Of a stretch of DNA of 64,000 nt, positions 10,099 through 22,458 are shown in pieces. This DNA is from Selenomonadaceae bacterium. Lineage in GTDB: Bacteria > Bacillota > Negativicutes > Selenomonadales > Selenomonadaceae. The translations under genes were made by a program, and so were the position numbers. How positions within the stretch are numbered: position 1 is the first letter of the stretch; the number at the start of each line of letters is the position of its first letter. The stretch lies in assembly GCA_051653465.1 (NCBI GenBank), contig JBOFWE010000068.1, positions 20,007 through 84,006 of the forward strand, in the 5' to 3' direction. The notes under the pieces were generated by a model. The model was not told where the DNA came from, made no database searches, and saw only the letters and a list, made by a program, of their open reading frames with translations.

Positions 10099-11373
10099 GT
10101 GAAGTTAAAAAAATACCGATTGACTTTTTTTGCCTGGGTGGTATTGGCCGGGGTGCTTTTGCTGCGGATTGGTACTTCCATGACCGTACCGTTTATTGCG
10201 ATTTATTTGCATTTTAAAGCAGGGGTTTCCTTGCCGGTAACGGGGATGATTATTGGGATTTCTTACTTAAGTTATAGTTTGGGTGGCTTTTGGGGTGGTT
10301 TTTTATCGGATCGCTATGGGCGACGAAAAATTCTGGAGCTCTCACTTTTTTGTTATGGGATCGTATTTTATGGGTTTGGTTTGTCGACGGGAAATCCGGC
10401 AATAGAGCAAACCTCTTTGGTTTTTGTATTTTTACTTTTAAATATGTCTGCCGGATTTTTCCGGATTTGGTCAGATACCCTTACGCAAGCTATACTGGGC
10501 GATGTCGTTACCTCGGCGGAGGAAAGGATCACGGCGTTTAATTTTTATTACATGTTTGTCAATATCGGTGCGGCAATTGGTCCGGTTTTAGGTACCTGGA
10601 TTGGCACCTCGGGGACGAATGTCGGTTTCTACTATACTGGCGGGCTTTGCTGGCTCTATCTGCTGCTGTTCATCTTTTTTGCAAGCAAGGCAGCACCGGG
10701 GCTGCCATCAGGCATCAATAATGGCAGTCGGCATATTTCACTGAAACTGGCCTTTTCAACTATAATCAGTGACAAGGTTTTGCGGTTTTATATTTTAGGT
10801 GGCATTATAGCGTATTTTTCCTATGTTCAGCAGGAGGCCATATTAGGAACCATACTGATGCAACGCTTTGGCGATACACATATTTTTGCCATGGTTTTAT
10901 TTGTAAATGCAGTGGTGGCAATTTTGCTGCAGATGCCATTGGTTGGATATTTGCTGAAAAAGCATGTTCCTTTGGTCATTATGCGAAATGGGTGTATTTT
11001 TTTTGTTGCTGGACTTTTAGGAATGGGGTTTGCTGGAAGTTCCCTGCCAACTTATATTATTAGTCAGATTCTTTTCACCGTAGGGGAGATCTTGGTTTTA
11101 TCAATCAGTGGTATCTTTATTGACAGTATCGCACCGAAAGATTTAAAAGGGGCCTATTTTGGCGCGATGAGTTTTTGTAATCTGGGTAAATGTGCTGGCC
11201 CGGTTGTTGGCGGCAGTTTGCTGCAGGATTTTGATGGTGGTTTAGTTTTAGCATTTTTTGGAGTGTTCTCCTTGTTGGCAATGATTTTTTATCATAAAAG
11301 TCTGCTCTTTTATGATAAACGTGGACTGTGCCGCCGGGGTGAGATATCTTCAGAAAATGCAGCAGGATTATGA
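10099..11373 (+). CDS. MFS transporter
   Basis: About 12 hydrophobic helices. MFS loop motif LSDRYGRRKIL between TM2 and TM3. Confidence 0.8.
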   Translation: MKLKKYRLTFFAWVVLAGVLLLRIGTSMTVPFIAIYLHFKAGVSLPVTGMIIGISYLSYSLGGFWGGFLSDRYGRRKILELSLFCYGIVFYGFGLSTGNPAIEQTSLVFVFLLLNMSAGFFRIWSDTLTQAILGDVVTSAEERITAFNFYYMFVNIGAAIGPVLGTWIGTSGTNVGFYYTGGLCWLYLLLFIFFASKAAPGLPSGINNGSRHISLKLAFSTIISDKVLRFYILGGIIAYFSYVQQEAILGTILMQRFGDTHIFAMVLFVNAVVAILLQMPLVGYLLKKHVPLVIMRNGCIFFVAGLLGMGFAGSSLPTYIISQILFTVGEILVLSISGIFIDSIAPKDLKGAYFGAMSFCNLGKCAGPVVGGSLLQDFDGGLVLAFFGVFSLLAMIFYHKSLLFYDKRGLCRRGEISSENAAGL

Positions 11374-11393
11374 GTGGGAAAGGCGGCAGGGAA

Positions 11394-11924
11394 ATGGATA
11401 GTAGAGAAAAACTTGCAGCAGCGCTGGAGCAGCTGCTGCAATACAAAAGCATAGATGCGGTGTCGGTAATTGAAATTTCCAGTGCCGCGGGTGTTTCACG
11501 CAAGACCTTTTATCGCTGCTTTAGGGATAAATACGATCTTGTCACCTGGTATTTTGCGCGCTTTTATGAGGCGAGTTTTGGTCGGATAAAAGAGGCGGTT
11601 GCCTGGGAGACGGCGATGCTGGCGCATCTCGACTTTTATAAGGCAAAGCACCGGGTGCTGAAAAATGCCTATACAACCCATGATATCAACGGGTTACGGC
11701 AGTTTGACGTTTCCATCACCCGGCGGACCTATGAGATTTATTTGCGCCAGCACGGTGCAGATCTCGCCGATGAGGAATTGCAATTTGCCATTGAATTTGC
11801 AGCTCGCGGCGGTACGGATATGGTGATTGAATGGCTGCTTTCCGGGATGAAGCTGCCGCCGCAGCGACTGGTGAAGCTTCTCAAACAGACTCTTCCCCCT
11901 AAGTTGCTGCAGTATATCGGATGA
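11394..11924 (+). CDS. TetR/AcrR family transcriptional regulator (DhaS-like)
   Basis: N-terminal HTH ISSAAGVSRKTFYRCFRDKYDLV. ORF opens at 11370 and overlaps the MFS stop. Confidence 0.8.
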   Translation: MDSREKLAAALEQLLQYKSIDAVSVIEISSAAGVSRKTFYRCFRDKYDLVTWYFARFYEASFGRIKEAVAWETAMLAHLDFYKAKHRVLKNAYTTHDINGLRQFDVSITRRTYEIYLRQHGADLADEELQFAIEFAARGGTDMVIEWLLSGMKLPPQRLVKLLKQTLPPKLLQYIG

Positions 11925-12004
11925 TTGTCTTGTCACAAAACAACTTTTTTGTAACTTTACTTTTTCTTGTCTATCCTTTAGACTTTAAACAGATTGATTT
12001 TGTA

Positions 12005-12255
12005 ATGTGATGAAGAGAACGAGTAGCTTTGATTTGATTATACAGAGAACAGCCGGGGGGTGGAAGGCTGCTAATCGGTCAGGGTGAATACATCTTGGAG
12101 CAGCTGCCTGAATTTTAAGTAGGGTTTGCCGGGTGCGCCCGATAACGCGCAAAAGTGCAATAGCACTTGTTAAGAGAGGCTTTGTGAAAAGTCTTTAATC
12201 CAGAGGTGGTACCGCATACTTGCCCTCTGCTCATTTTGAGCAGAGGGCTTTTTAA
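12005..12255 (+). promoter_or_regulatory. T-box leader, tyrosine specifier (UAC), with terminator
   Basis: AGAGA/AGTA elements (gaagagaacgagtag). Specifier loop ggtgaaTACa. T-box sequence aatccagaggtggtaccgc. Terminator gccctctgctcattttgagcagagggcttttt directly before tyrS. Confidence 0.85.
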
Positions 12256-12273
12256 TTTGGAGGAGGAAGAAAG

Positions 12274-13500
12274 ATGAAGATTTATGAAGAGCTGGTAAAG
12301 CGCGGGCTAGTCGCCCAGGTCACAAATGAGGCAGAGGTAAGGGACATCGTCGACAACGGCCGGGCTGTTTTTTATATTGGTTTTGATCCGACTGCAGATT
12401 CCCTGCATGTTGGTCATTTTATGGCACTATCTCTGATGAAGCGGCTGCAGCTGGCCGGCAATCGTCCGGTGGTTTTGCTTGGTGGGGGGACCGGATATGT
12501 TGGCGATCCTTCGGGACGTACGGATTTGAGAGCAGTACTCACGCCGGAGGTCATTGCCCAAAACTGTGAGTGCTTTAAAAAGCAGATTGAACAGTTTATT
12601 GATTTTGGTGAAGACAAAGCCTTGCTGGTAAATAATGTGCAGTGGCTTAAGGAGCTGAATTATATAGATCTGCTGCGCGAGGTCGGCGGTTGTTTTTCTG
12701 TAAATACCATGCTGCGTGCTGAATGCTATAAGCAGCGAATGGAAAAAGGATTGTCTTTTCTGGAATTCAATTACATGGTGATGCAGTCCTATGATTTTTA
12801 CCATTTGTTTAAAACCTATGGCTGTAATCTGCAGCTTGGCGGTGATGATCAGTGGTCTAATATGCTTGGCGGGGCGGATCTGATTCGCCGTAAGCTGGGG
12901 GAAAGTGCGCAGGCGATGACGATTACTCTGTTGATGAATTCAGAAGGGCGCAAAATGGGAAAAACTGCCAATGGCGCTGTCTGGCTTGATCCGAAAAAAA
13001 CAAGCCCGTTTGAGTTTTTCCAGTACTGGCGAAATATAGCCGATGCAGATGTCATAAAATGCCTTCGCCTGCTGACCTTTTTACCACTTGAGGAAATCGA
13101 AGCGATGGCCCAGTGGCAGGGCAGTGAACTCAATCACGCCAAAGAAATTCTCGCCTATGACCTGACAAAACAGGTACATGGTAAGGCGGAGGCTGAAAAA
13201 GCACGGCTGGCTGCGCAGCAGTTGTTTGGTGGCAGTGCAGACGACGCTGCCATGCCAATTTATAAGCTTTCGGCAAAGCAGCTGCTGGCAGGTAGCCTCG
13301 GGATTCTTGATCTATTGGTTTTCTGTCAGCTGGCAGGATCAAAAAGTGAGGCTCGGCGCCTGGTTGAACAGGGGGGCGTCTTTGTCGATGGCAGTCGCAT
13401 GGAGGATGCTGCTAGGCAATGGACGAGACAAGAGCTGGCAATTGGGATAAAAATCCGCAAAGGCAAGAAGACTTTTTGCCGGGTTGTAGTCGAAGGATAA
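12274..13500 (+). CDS. tyrS: Tyrosine--tRNA ligase
   Basis: HIGH motif (HVGH), KMSKS motif (KMGKT), C-terminal S4-like domain. Preceded by the Tyr T-box. Confidence 0.95.
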   Translation: MKIYEELVKRGLVAQVTNEAEVRDIVDNGRAVFYIGFDPTADSLHVGHFMALSLMKRLQLAGNRPVVLLGGGTGYVGDPSGRTDLRAVLTPEVIAQNCECFKKQIEQFIDFGEDKALLVNNVQWLKELNYIDLLREVGGCFSVNTMLRAECYKQRMEKGLSFLEFNYMVMQSYDFYHLFKTYGCNLQLGGDDQWSNMLGGADLIRRKLGESAQAMTITLLMNSEGRKMGKTANGAVWLDPKKTSPFEFFQYWRNIADADVIKCLRLLTFLPLEEIEAMAQWQGSELNHAKEILAYDLTKQVHGKAEAEKARLAAQQLFGGSADDAAMPIYKLSAKQLLAGSLGILDLLVFCQLAGSKSEARRLVEQGGVFVDGSRMEDAARQWTRQELAIGIKIRKGKKTFCRVVVEG

Positions 13501-13516
13501 CTATGCTGTGATCGGG

Positions 13517-13559
13517 AAACCCCGGAGATTTTTGGCTGAAAATCTTCGGGGGTTTTTTT
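13517..13559 (+). terminator. Rho-independent terminator after tyrS
   Basis: aaaccccggagatt...aatcttcgggggttttttt. Confidence 0.85.
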
Positions 13560-13592
13560 ATAAATAATTTGGCGGGAATTTTCAGATAGTTG

Positions 13593-13621
13593 TTGACAAA
13601 GCCTAAGGGGTAGGATATAGT
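13593..13621 (+). promoter_or_regulatory. Sigma-A type promoter for the GntR/aga locus
   Basis: TTGACA, 17 nt spacer, TATAGT. Confidence 0.6.
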
Positions 13622-13632
13622 ATGGATAAAAG

Positions 13633-13646
13633 GTGGTACGTACCAC
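13633..13646. promoter_or_regulatory. Perfect 14-bp palindrome, candidate GntR/HutC-type operator
   Basis: GTGGTACGTACCAC lies immediately downstream of the -10. It resembles NagR/HutC-subfamily GT..AC dyads. Confidence 0.55.
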
Positions 13647-13666
13647 TTAAGAGGAGGCGATAAAAC

Positions 13667-14392
13667 ATGCAGAAAATCAATAAAGACAGTAAACTTCCGT
13701 TGTACTGCCAGCTGATGCAGGTCATTATAGCTGAGATTGATACTTGCCTGGAAGTCGATGCGAAGCTGCCGTCAGAACGAGATTTCTGCACGAAATATGG
13801 ATTGAGTCGATCTACTGTCAGACAAGCTTTTTTAGAACTGGAACAGGAGGGATACATTTATAAGATTCATGGCAAAGGAACTTTTGTGTCGCCCAAAAAA
13901 CTCAATCAGGAGCTGTTGAAATTCTATAGTTTTACCACGGAAATGAAAAAACTTGGTAAAAAACCGGAATCCAAAGTGCTGAGCTTTGACCGCATTGTAT
14001 GTGACTGGAATCTGGCCCAAAAGATGAAGCTTGAACCGGGAACGGAAGTATATCGATTTTTGCGGCTGCGCCTGGCCGATCAAAAGCCGGTAATGCTTGA
14101 AACGAGCTATGTGCCGCAAAAAAGGTTTGAAGGACTGACGCGGGAAATGCTGGAAGAAAGTGCCATGTATGATCTGTTCAGCCACACGTATGGGGTGGAA
14201 TTCACGTATGCAGAGGAAAAATTTCAGGCGGTTGGAACCGATGACAAGACAGCAAAGTATTTAAATGTAGAAAAATCACTACCCAGTTTGAAAATTGAGA
14301 GATTTACGTATGAGCGCGACCAGATCATCGAATATACGATGAGCATGGCAAGGGGCGATCAACTCATTTACTCAGTTAAGTTGAACAAATAG
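13667..14392 (+). CDS. GntR family (HutC/UTRA subfamily) transcriptional regulator
   Basis: N-terminal wHTH (LPSERDFCTKYGLSRSTVRQAFLELEQEGYI) plus a UTRA-like C-terminal domain. Heads the amino-sugar operon. Confidence 0.85.
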   Translation: MQKINKDSKLPLYCQLMQVIIAEIDTCLEVDAKLPSERDFCTKYGLSRSTVRQAFLELEQEGYIYKIHGKGTFVSPKKLNQELLKFYSFTTEMKKLGKKPESKVLSFDRIVCDWNLAQKMKLEPGTEVYRFLRLRLADQKPVMLETSYVPQKRFEGLTREMLEESAMYDLFSHTYGVEFTYAEEKFQAVGTDDKTAKYLNVEKSLPSLKIERFTYERDQIIEYTMSMARGDQLIYSVKLNK

Positions 14393-14411
14393 GTAAAATG
14401 TTTTTTATCAG

Positions 14412-14428
14412 TGTACTGGTACGTACAT
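14412..14428. promoter_or_regulatory. Second, imperfect copy of the GGTACGTAC dyad upstream of agaS
   Basis: tgtacTGGTACGTACAt shares the core of the 13633 palindrome. Confidence 0.4.
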
Positions 14429-14450
14429 CATTACCACTAGGAGGGATAAA

Positions 14451-15632
14451 ATGAATCCTTGGGATTTATCGGAAACGGAACTCATAGCCAAAGGGGCTGC
14501 GCACACGGCAAGGGAGATTTGCCAGCAGCCGGAGGCCTGGCTGGAAACACTGGAGCTTTTGCAGCAGCAACAGGGAGAAATTAAAGCATTTGTTGAGCCG
14601 TTGTTAAAAAAACAGGATCTGCGCATTATCTTTACTGGGGCCGGGACGTCTGCCTATGCGGGTGATATTATTGCCCCGTATCTTAGAGAAAAAACACAGC
14701 GGGATATCCTGTCGGTTGCTACAACCGATATCGTGGCGGCTCCATTGCAATTTTTGCTCAAGCATAAGCCAACCTTGCTTGTGTCGTTTGCCCGCAGTGG
14801 GGACAGCCCCGAAAGTATCGGTGCCTTTGATTTTGCGGAGCAGATTATCGATGAAGTATATCAGATTGTGATTACCTGTAATCCGAAGGGTGCCTTGGCC
14901 CAGCGTGCAGCTGAAAAAAAGGAACATACGCTGAACATTTATACGCCGCCGCAGACAAATGATCTTGGTTTTGCGATGACGAGCAGCTTTACGTCAATGC
15001 TGCTGAGCGGACTTATGCTCTTTGATATGAAAAATTTTGCTGCGAACCGTGCTTTGGTAGAGCGGATTGTCGACTGCACCAGCAAGCTGCTGGCTGAAGG
15101 GCAGGATGTCGCTGCGATTGGCAGAGCCGGTTTTGAACGCCTGGTATTTCTGGGGACAGGATCATTACAGGCGCTGGCAAAAGAAACCTGCCTTAAGGTA
15201 CTCGAGCTTACTGCCGGAAAAAAGGTCGCCGTAGCTGAAAGCATTGTGGGCTTTCGCCATGGTCCAAAGTCGATTGTAAATGATAAAACCTTAGTGGTAA
15301 TGCTGTTTTCCGCGGATTCCCATACACATGCTTACGAAATGGATTTTCTCCGCGAACTCAATCATGATGAAGGCTCGTTTAAGGTGATGGCTGTTTGCCC
15401 GGCGCCGGATGAAGAGATAAGCGCTTTGGCTGATTATATGATGGTGCTTGATCCGCAGGCCAAAGACAGCTGGGGACAGGATGCCTATCTTGCTATGGGT
15501 TATGTGGTCTTTGATCATATCCTTGCTTTAGCGGCTTCCATGGCAGAAGGGGTGGCACCGGATACCCCGTGCCCGAGCGGCAGTGTAAACCGCGTGGTTA
15601 AAGGGGTCGTAATCTACCCATTAGAAGCATAG
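14451..15632 (+). CDS. agaS: SIS-domain sugar isomerase/deaminase, AgaS-like (galactosamine-6-P)
   Basis: Two SIS-type repeats (IFTGAGTSAY; FLGTGSLQALAKE). Operon context with aga-type PTS and nagA. Confidence 0.75.
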   Translation: MNPWDLSETELIAKGAAHTAREICQQPEAWLETLELLQQQQGEIKAFVEPLLKKQDLRIIFTGAGTSAYAGDIIAPYLREKTQRDILSVATTDIVAAPLQFLLKHKPTLLVSFARSGDSPESIGAFDFAEQIIDEVYQIVITCNPKGALAQRAAEKKEHTLNIYTPPQTNDLGFAMTSSFTSMLLSGLMLFDMKNFAANRALVERIVDCTSKLLAEGQDVAAIGRAGFERLVFLGTGSLQALAKETCLKVLELTAGKKVAVAESIVGFRHGPKSIVNDKTLVVMLFSADSHTHAYEMDFLRELNHDEGSFKVMAVCPAPDEEISALADYMMVLDPQAKDSWGQDAYLAMGYVVFDHILALAASMAEGVAPDTPCPSGSVNRVVKGVVIYPLEA

Positions 15633-15662
15633 AAATACCAATACTTAAAGGGGGCTTTTCGT

Positions 15663-16139
15663 ATGCCGGATATTTTACTTACCAGAGTGGACAATCGTCT
15701 GATTCATGGACAGGTGGGGATGACCTGGGCCAATCACCTCGGGGCAAACCTCATCATTGTTGCCAATGATGAGGTTGCTGAGGATGAAGTGCAACAGAAT
15801 CTGATGGACATGGCGGTATCAAGTGCGGCGGAAACCAGGTATTTTACGTTGCAGGAAACAATTGAGAAAATCCATTTTGCCGGGGACTGGCAGCATATCT
15901 TTCTTGTTGTGAAGACGCCACAGGATGCACTGAAACTCATCGAAAATGATGTGCCGATTACAGTGCTTAATATCGGTAATATGCACTTCAAGGAAGGGAA
16001 AAAGCAGGTGAGCAGCACGATTTCTGTCGATGAGTCAGATCGTCAGACTTTCCGCCGCTTACTTGATTTGGGAGTAAAGATTGAATTAAGAAAGGTTCCG
16101 GACGATCCGCTATTGCCGGTGGAAAAAATTTTCGAGTAA
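15663..16139 (+). CDS. PTS mannose/sorbose/GalNAc family EIIB
   Basis: N-terminal LTRVDNRLIHGQV phosphorylation-site motif. Confidence 0.85.
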   Translation: MPDILLTRVDNRLIHGQVGMTWANHLGANLIIVANDEVAEDEVQQNLMDMAVSSAAETRYFTLQETIEKIHFAGDWQHIFLVVKTPQDALKLIENDVPITVLNIGNMHFKEGKKQVSSTISVDESDRQTFRRLLDLGVKIELRKVPDDPLLPVEKIFE

Positions 16140-16201
16140 GTACCGCAGGCGGCAAGGTAGTTTGATGAAATAACAAAGTTAAATCAGAGGAGGAGTTATT
16201 C

Positions 16202-16987
16202 ATGGATGTAACTTTTATACAGATATTGATGGTAACACTGTGGGCGTTTGTCATCGGTATCGATCAGTTTAACGGCTTATTCCACATTCATCGCCCGTTG
16301 GTAACCGGGCTTGTAGTTGGCTGGATCTTAGGTGATATGCAGACTGGTTTGATTACCGGGGCTACGCTCGAACTTGTAGCGATGGGCATGGTTCCGCTTG
16401 CCGGAGCACAGCCGCCGAATATGGTCATCGGCGGGGTAATCGGAGTTTCCTTTGCGATTATATCAAAACTGCCGCCAGAAGCAGCGGTAGCGATTGCCAT
16501 TCCGTTTGCGATTGCGGCGCAGGGCTGTGTAACTTTGATTTTTACAGCATTTTCACCATTGATGCATAAAGCTGACCGGTGGGCGGATGAAGGCAATACC
16601 GGCGCCTTGGCGATGATCAATTATGCTGGAATGTTTACGCATGGTGCGTTCTTTGCTCTGGTTACTTTTTTGCCGATTTATTTTGGCGCTGCTTCGGCAC
16701 AATCCATTGTGGAAGCAGTCCCGGCCTGGATTCTTGGCGGACTTGGTGTTGCGGGCGGGATGATGCCGGCAATCGGCTTTGCCATGCTGCTCAAGATCAT
16801 GTTGAAAAAAGAGTATATTGCTTTTTTGCTGGTCGGATTTATCCTGGTTACCTATTTCAAGATTTCCATTTTGGGCCTGGCGGTTCTTGGAGCCTGCGTG
16901 GCGCTGTATGATTTTTATGCACATGGTTCGGATGACAATGGCGGCAACCGTATAAAACAGGGGGTGCGTACAAATGGCGGAATCTAA
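16202..16987 (+). CDS. PTS mannose family EIIC
   Basis: Polytopic membrane protein in the IIB-IIC-IID order. Confidence 0.85.
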   Translation: MDVTFIQILMVTLWAFVIGIDQFNGLFHIHRPLVTGLVVGWILGDMQTGLITGATLELVAMGMVPLAGAQPPNMVIGGVIGVSFAIISKLPPEAAVAIAIPFAIAAQGCVTLIFTAFSPLMHKADRWADEGNTGALAMINYAGMFTHGAFFALVTFLPIYFGAASAQSIVEAVPAWILGGLGVAGGMMPAIGFAMLLKIMLKKEYIAFLLVGFILVTYFKISILGLAVLGACVALYDFYAHGSDDNGGNRIKQGVRTNGGI

Positions 16988-17819
16988 TGCAGCAGTAAGA
17001 GAAAATCCGGAATATCAGGATCAGTCGGTCAATAAAGTAGTCACCTCGTCAGATCTTGTAACGATGGTGTGGCGGTCCCTGTTTCTGCAGGCGTCCTTTA
17101 ACTACGAACGCATGCAAGCCTGCGGCTGGCTGTACGGCATTCTTCCGGTGTTAAAGAAAATTCATACCAACAAGGAAGATTTAAGCAAATCCTTAAAGAT
17201 GCATCTGGAGTTTTTCAATACACATCCATTTCTTGTGAATTTCATCATGGGATTGGTTGTGGCCATGGAGGAAAGCAAAAAGGATCAAAATACGATTCGG
17301 GCGATCAAGGTAGCTACTATGGGGCCGCTGGGCGGAATTGGCGATGCCCTCTGCTGGCTGACCCTGCTGCCTATTACAGCTGGCCTGGGGGCATCAATGG
17401 CCATGGGGCCGGATCCAAATCCAGCTGGGCCGATCATCTTTCTTGTATTGTTCAATATCGCACATTTCAGCCTGCGTTTCGGACTTATGCGCTATGGCTA
17501 TTATACAGGTGTGAAGGCCATCGCCACGATGAAAGAACAGACCAAAAAGATTTCACATGCAGCCTCGATTATTGGTCTTACCGTTGTTGGTGGACTGATC
17601 GCATCCATGATCAAATTAAAACTTGCCTGGGTTATTGTTGTCGGTCAGGCAAGTATAGCTCTGCAGGAAAAAGTATTTGATGCGATTATGCCTAATATGC
17701 TGCCGTTTGCCTACACTTTGTTGATGTACTATTTGCTCAAGAAAAGCTATTCCCCGGTTAAATTGATTTTGTTTACGATTGTCTTTGGGATCGCCGGTAA
17801 GGGAATCGGTATTTTCTAA
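16974..17819 (+). CDS. PTS mannose family EIID
   Basis: FNYERMQACGW and FNTHP motifs typical of IID. Overlaps the IIC stop. Confidence 0.85.
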   Translation: MAESNAAVRENPEYQDQSVNKVVTSSDLVTMVWRSLFLQASFNYERMQACGWLYGILPVLKKIHTNKEDLSKSLKMHLEFFNTHPFLVNFIMGLVVAMEESKKDQNTIRAIKVATMGPLGGIGDALCWLTLLPITAGLGASMAMGPDPNPAGPIIFLVLFNIAHFSLRFGLMRYGYYTGVKAIATMKEQTKKISHAASIIGLTVVGGLIASMIKLKLAWVIVVGQASIALQEKVFDAIMPNMLPFAYTLLMYYLLKKSYSPVKLILFTIVFGIAGKGIGIF

Positions 17820-17880
17820 CAGATAAAAGGCCGGGACCGGCGCTAAAGCCGGTCCTTCCCTTTAAGAGAGGTGACTATTC

Positions 17881-18299
17881 ATGATAAGTGTTATTATTAC
17901 CGGCCATGGAGAATTTGCAACGGGACTTCTGTCGGCATTGCAGCTGGTTGCCGGCGAGCAAAGCCGGGTCACGGCGGTTAACTTTCCTGAGGGGGCTGGC
18001 AGTGAGGACTTACAACGTGCGTTAAGTGAGGCGGCAGCACAGCTTGGGGATAGTGAAATTGTCTTTTTAGCCGATATAGCCGGTGGATCCCCTTATAATC
18101 AGGCGGTAATGCTGTCAAAAAAATTGAAACAGGAGTGCCGGGTATTCAGCGGGACCAATATGCCGCTGCTTCTGTCGGTGATTTTTGACCGGGAGGGGCT
18201 ATTGGCGGATCTGTGCTTGCGCTGGCTGGGCGCTGGCGTTCAGCCGGCAATATTCCGGGAGAAGAAGAAAATAGACAAGAGCATGCAGGCAGGTGGGAT

Positions 18300-18303
<4 letters not shown>
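17881..18303 (+). CDS. PTS mannose family EIIA
   Basis: MISVIITGHGEFATGLL with the phosphorylatable His. GGSPYN motif. Confidence 0.8.
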
Positions 18304-20316
<2,013 letters not shown>

Positions 20317-20317
<1 letters not shown>

Positions 20318-21264
20318 TGGAGGGGATTTTCGTGATACTGGTTGTAAATCTGAATGTTTCACTGGATAAACACTATGAATTGGATGCTTTTGTGCCCCAT
20401 ACGGTTATGCGAGTAGCTGGAGTAGATAATACTCCGGGGGGGAAGGGGCTGCATGTTGCCGGCGTTTTAAAGGAACTGGGGGCCGAAGTGCTTGTCACGG
20501 GGATGATTGGCGGTAGTACGGGGGAATTTATCGAGCGAAAGCTTAAGGAAAAAGAGATCCCTTTTGACTTCCAGTCGATTTCCGGCGAAACCCGCAGTTG
20601 TCTGGCGTTTACGGATAAAGCTGGTGGACAGACGGAGGTCTTGGAACCTGGCCCGGTTGTTAGCGAGGCGGAATATTTGGCTTTTATTGAGCGCTATAAG
20701 CAGCTTCTGCCAGCGGCAGAGATTATTATCTGCTCGGGCAGTGTGCCGCAAAATGTTCCGGATACGGTCTATGCCAGCTTGATTGATATCGCCAGAGGTT
20801 ATGGGAAAAAAGTTTTGCTTGATACCAGCGGGCGACTGCTGATCGAAGGGGTTAAGCAAAAGCCGGCGTTCATAAAACCAAATTTTGAGGAATTACAGGC
20901 GTTCTGCGGGACTGCCATCGATTCAGCCCGTGATGCAGCACTACAGATAAAGTCGCTATTGGCAACGGGGATAGGAATTGTTGCCGTTTCCCTTGGGGCC
21001 CAAGGAGCCCTGGTAGGATGTGACGAGCAGATTTTTGAGATCCAGGTACCGAAAATAAAAGCAGAGAATGCTGTTGGTTCTGGCGATGCATTTGTTGGTG
21101 GTATTGCATTTGGCTTAGCCAAAAACTGGAGTCTGCCGGATACACTGCGACTGGCCGGAGCCTGTGGAACAGCCAATGCTCTTGAAAAAGAAAGCGGCTT
21201 TGTAAGGGCTGAAGTCGTTGAGCGTCTCCTGGAACAGGTGAAAGTAAGGCAGTTGACAGCCTAA
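20317..21264 (+). CDS. PfkB-family sugar-phosphate kinase (tagatose-6-P / 1-phosphofructokinase type)
   Basis: NLNVSLDK N-terminus, GGKG, C-terminal GSGDAFVGG anion hole. Start is ATG 20317 (TGATG overlap) or GTG 20332. Confidence 0.8.
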
Positions 21265-21475
21265 ATGAACCGTTGTAGTAAAACGAGGCGCAAAAAATGA
21301 GCCGCTATAAAGTGTAGTTGTCTATCCTGCGAGGTCGCTTTGAGGCGGCCTCGTTTTTTATCGGAGAATTTTATGAATTGAAGCACAGCGCAGGCAATAT
21401 TTTGAAAGGATTTTTCCTATTGATGACGAAATGAATGATTGATACCAGAAATGTAAGATTGGCAGGTGTATCCGC

Positions 21476-22285
21476 ATGAATTTACAAAAAAAATCTGCTG
21501 CTGGTGATCCGTGCAGTAAGGAAAGACAAACAGAAATTACAGAATGTTCCATATTTTCACAAAGAAAAAGATTTTTAACAACCCGGACGGAAATCATGAA
21601 TTCGTGGGAGCGCTGTGATAAGGCAGGGGTGAAGAAACATAGCAAAGGAAAACCGCCACAGCTGGAATTGCCTGATTTTGAGGCAATGATAAATACCCAT
21701 TGCAGCCTGATCACAACTGCCAGACCGTTCATGAAAAGTCTCTACCGAATGGTTGCCGGCTCGGGCTTCGTTGTGGTACTGGCTGATAAGCGTGGTTACA
21801 TTATGGAGGTCCTGGGCGATGCGGATATGCTGCAAAAGCCGCTGACCAAATATTTTCATCATGGTGCTTCCTGGGAAGAAACGGTTGCTGGGACAAATGC
21901 CATCGGCACGGTACTGGTATTGCAGCAGCCGTTTCAGGTTACGGGGCCGGAGCATTATTGTCAGATACATCATGGACTCACCTGCGCAGCGGCTCCAATT
22001 TTCGCTGCTGATGGGAGTTTTTTGGGGGTAATAGACCTATCGGGGCATAACGTAGCGCAGGAACCGTTGGCCTTGGCGATGGTTGAGGTGACAGCAAAGG
22101 CAATCATGACACAGCTGTCGGCGGAAAAAACGCATGAAATTCCGCTCAAAAAACATTTCAGCTTGTTTCGTGATAAGCCGTTACCTGGCAAGTGTTTTCC
22201 GAGAGCATCTTTTTCAGAGGAATGCGCCTTTACGGTTAAAATAAGCGAGCAGAATTTTGGCCTAGATGTTGAAAAATGCTGTTAA
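21476..22285 (+). CDS. GAF-domain protein resembling only the N-terminal sensor part of AcoR-type sigma-54 activators (possibly truncated)
   Basis: SWERC... N-terminal signature and GAF-like core (VVLADKRGYIMEVLGD...GTNAIGT...CAAAPIF...GVIDLSG). No AAA+ or HTH part follows. Weak RBS; start uncertain (21476 or 21596). Confidence 0.5.
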   Translation: MNLQKKSAAGDPCSKERQTEITECSIFSQRKRFLTTRTEIMNSWERCDKAGVKKHSKGKPPQLELPDFEAMINTHCSLITTARPFMKSLYRMVAGSGFVVVLADKRGYIMEVLGDADMLQKPLTKYFHHGASWEETVAGTNAIGTVLVLQQPFQVTGPEHYCQIHHGLTCAAAPIFAADGSFLGVIDLSGHNVAQEPLALAMVEVTAKAIMTQLSAEKTHEIPLKKHFSLFRDKPLPGKCFPRASFSEECAFTVKISEQNFGLDVEKCC

Positions 22286-22421
22286 AGGAATAAGCATAAC
22301 ATTAAAAATAGCGTGCGCAAAACAGAGAATAAAGCTATCTTTATCGGAGTCGGCAATTTATTTACAGTAAAAGGGAAAATAAACCTTTACTTTTAAAACT
22401 AAAGTATTATAATAACTAATA

Positions 22422-22440
22422 GATAATGATTATTGATTAT
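22422..22440. promoter_or_regulatory. Fur-family (Fur/PerR)-like box in the encapsulin operon promoter
   Basis: GATAATGATTATTGATTAT reads as three GATAAT-like hexamers, just downstream of a tattataat -10-like element. Confidence 0.4.
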
Positions 22441-22458
22441 ATAAAAGGGGGATTCGTT

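Noticed and set aside
18213-18299. N-terminal extensions offered by the ORF table for nagA (18213), the aldolase (19421), the kinase (20293), EncFtn (22426), H-NOX MCP (25661), thiW (62545) and the GHKL ATPase (60399).
   Set aside because: In each case an internal start with a proper RBS, or a stop-start overlap, fits better. The extension would also overlap the upstream gene, a terminator or the RBS itself.
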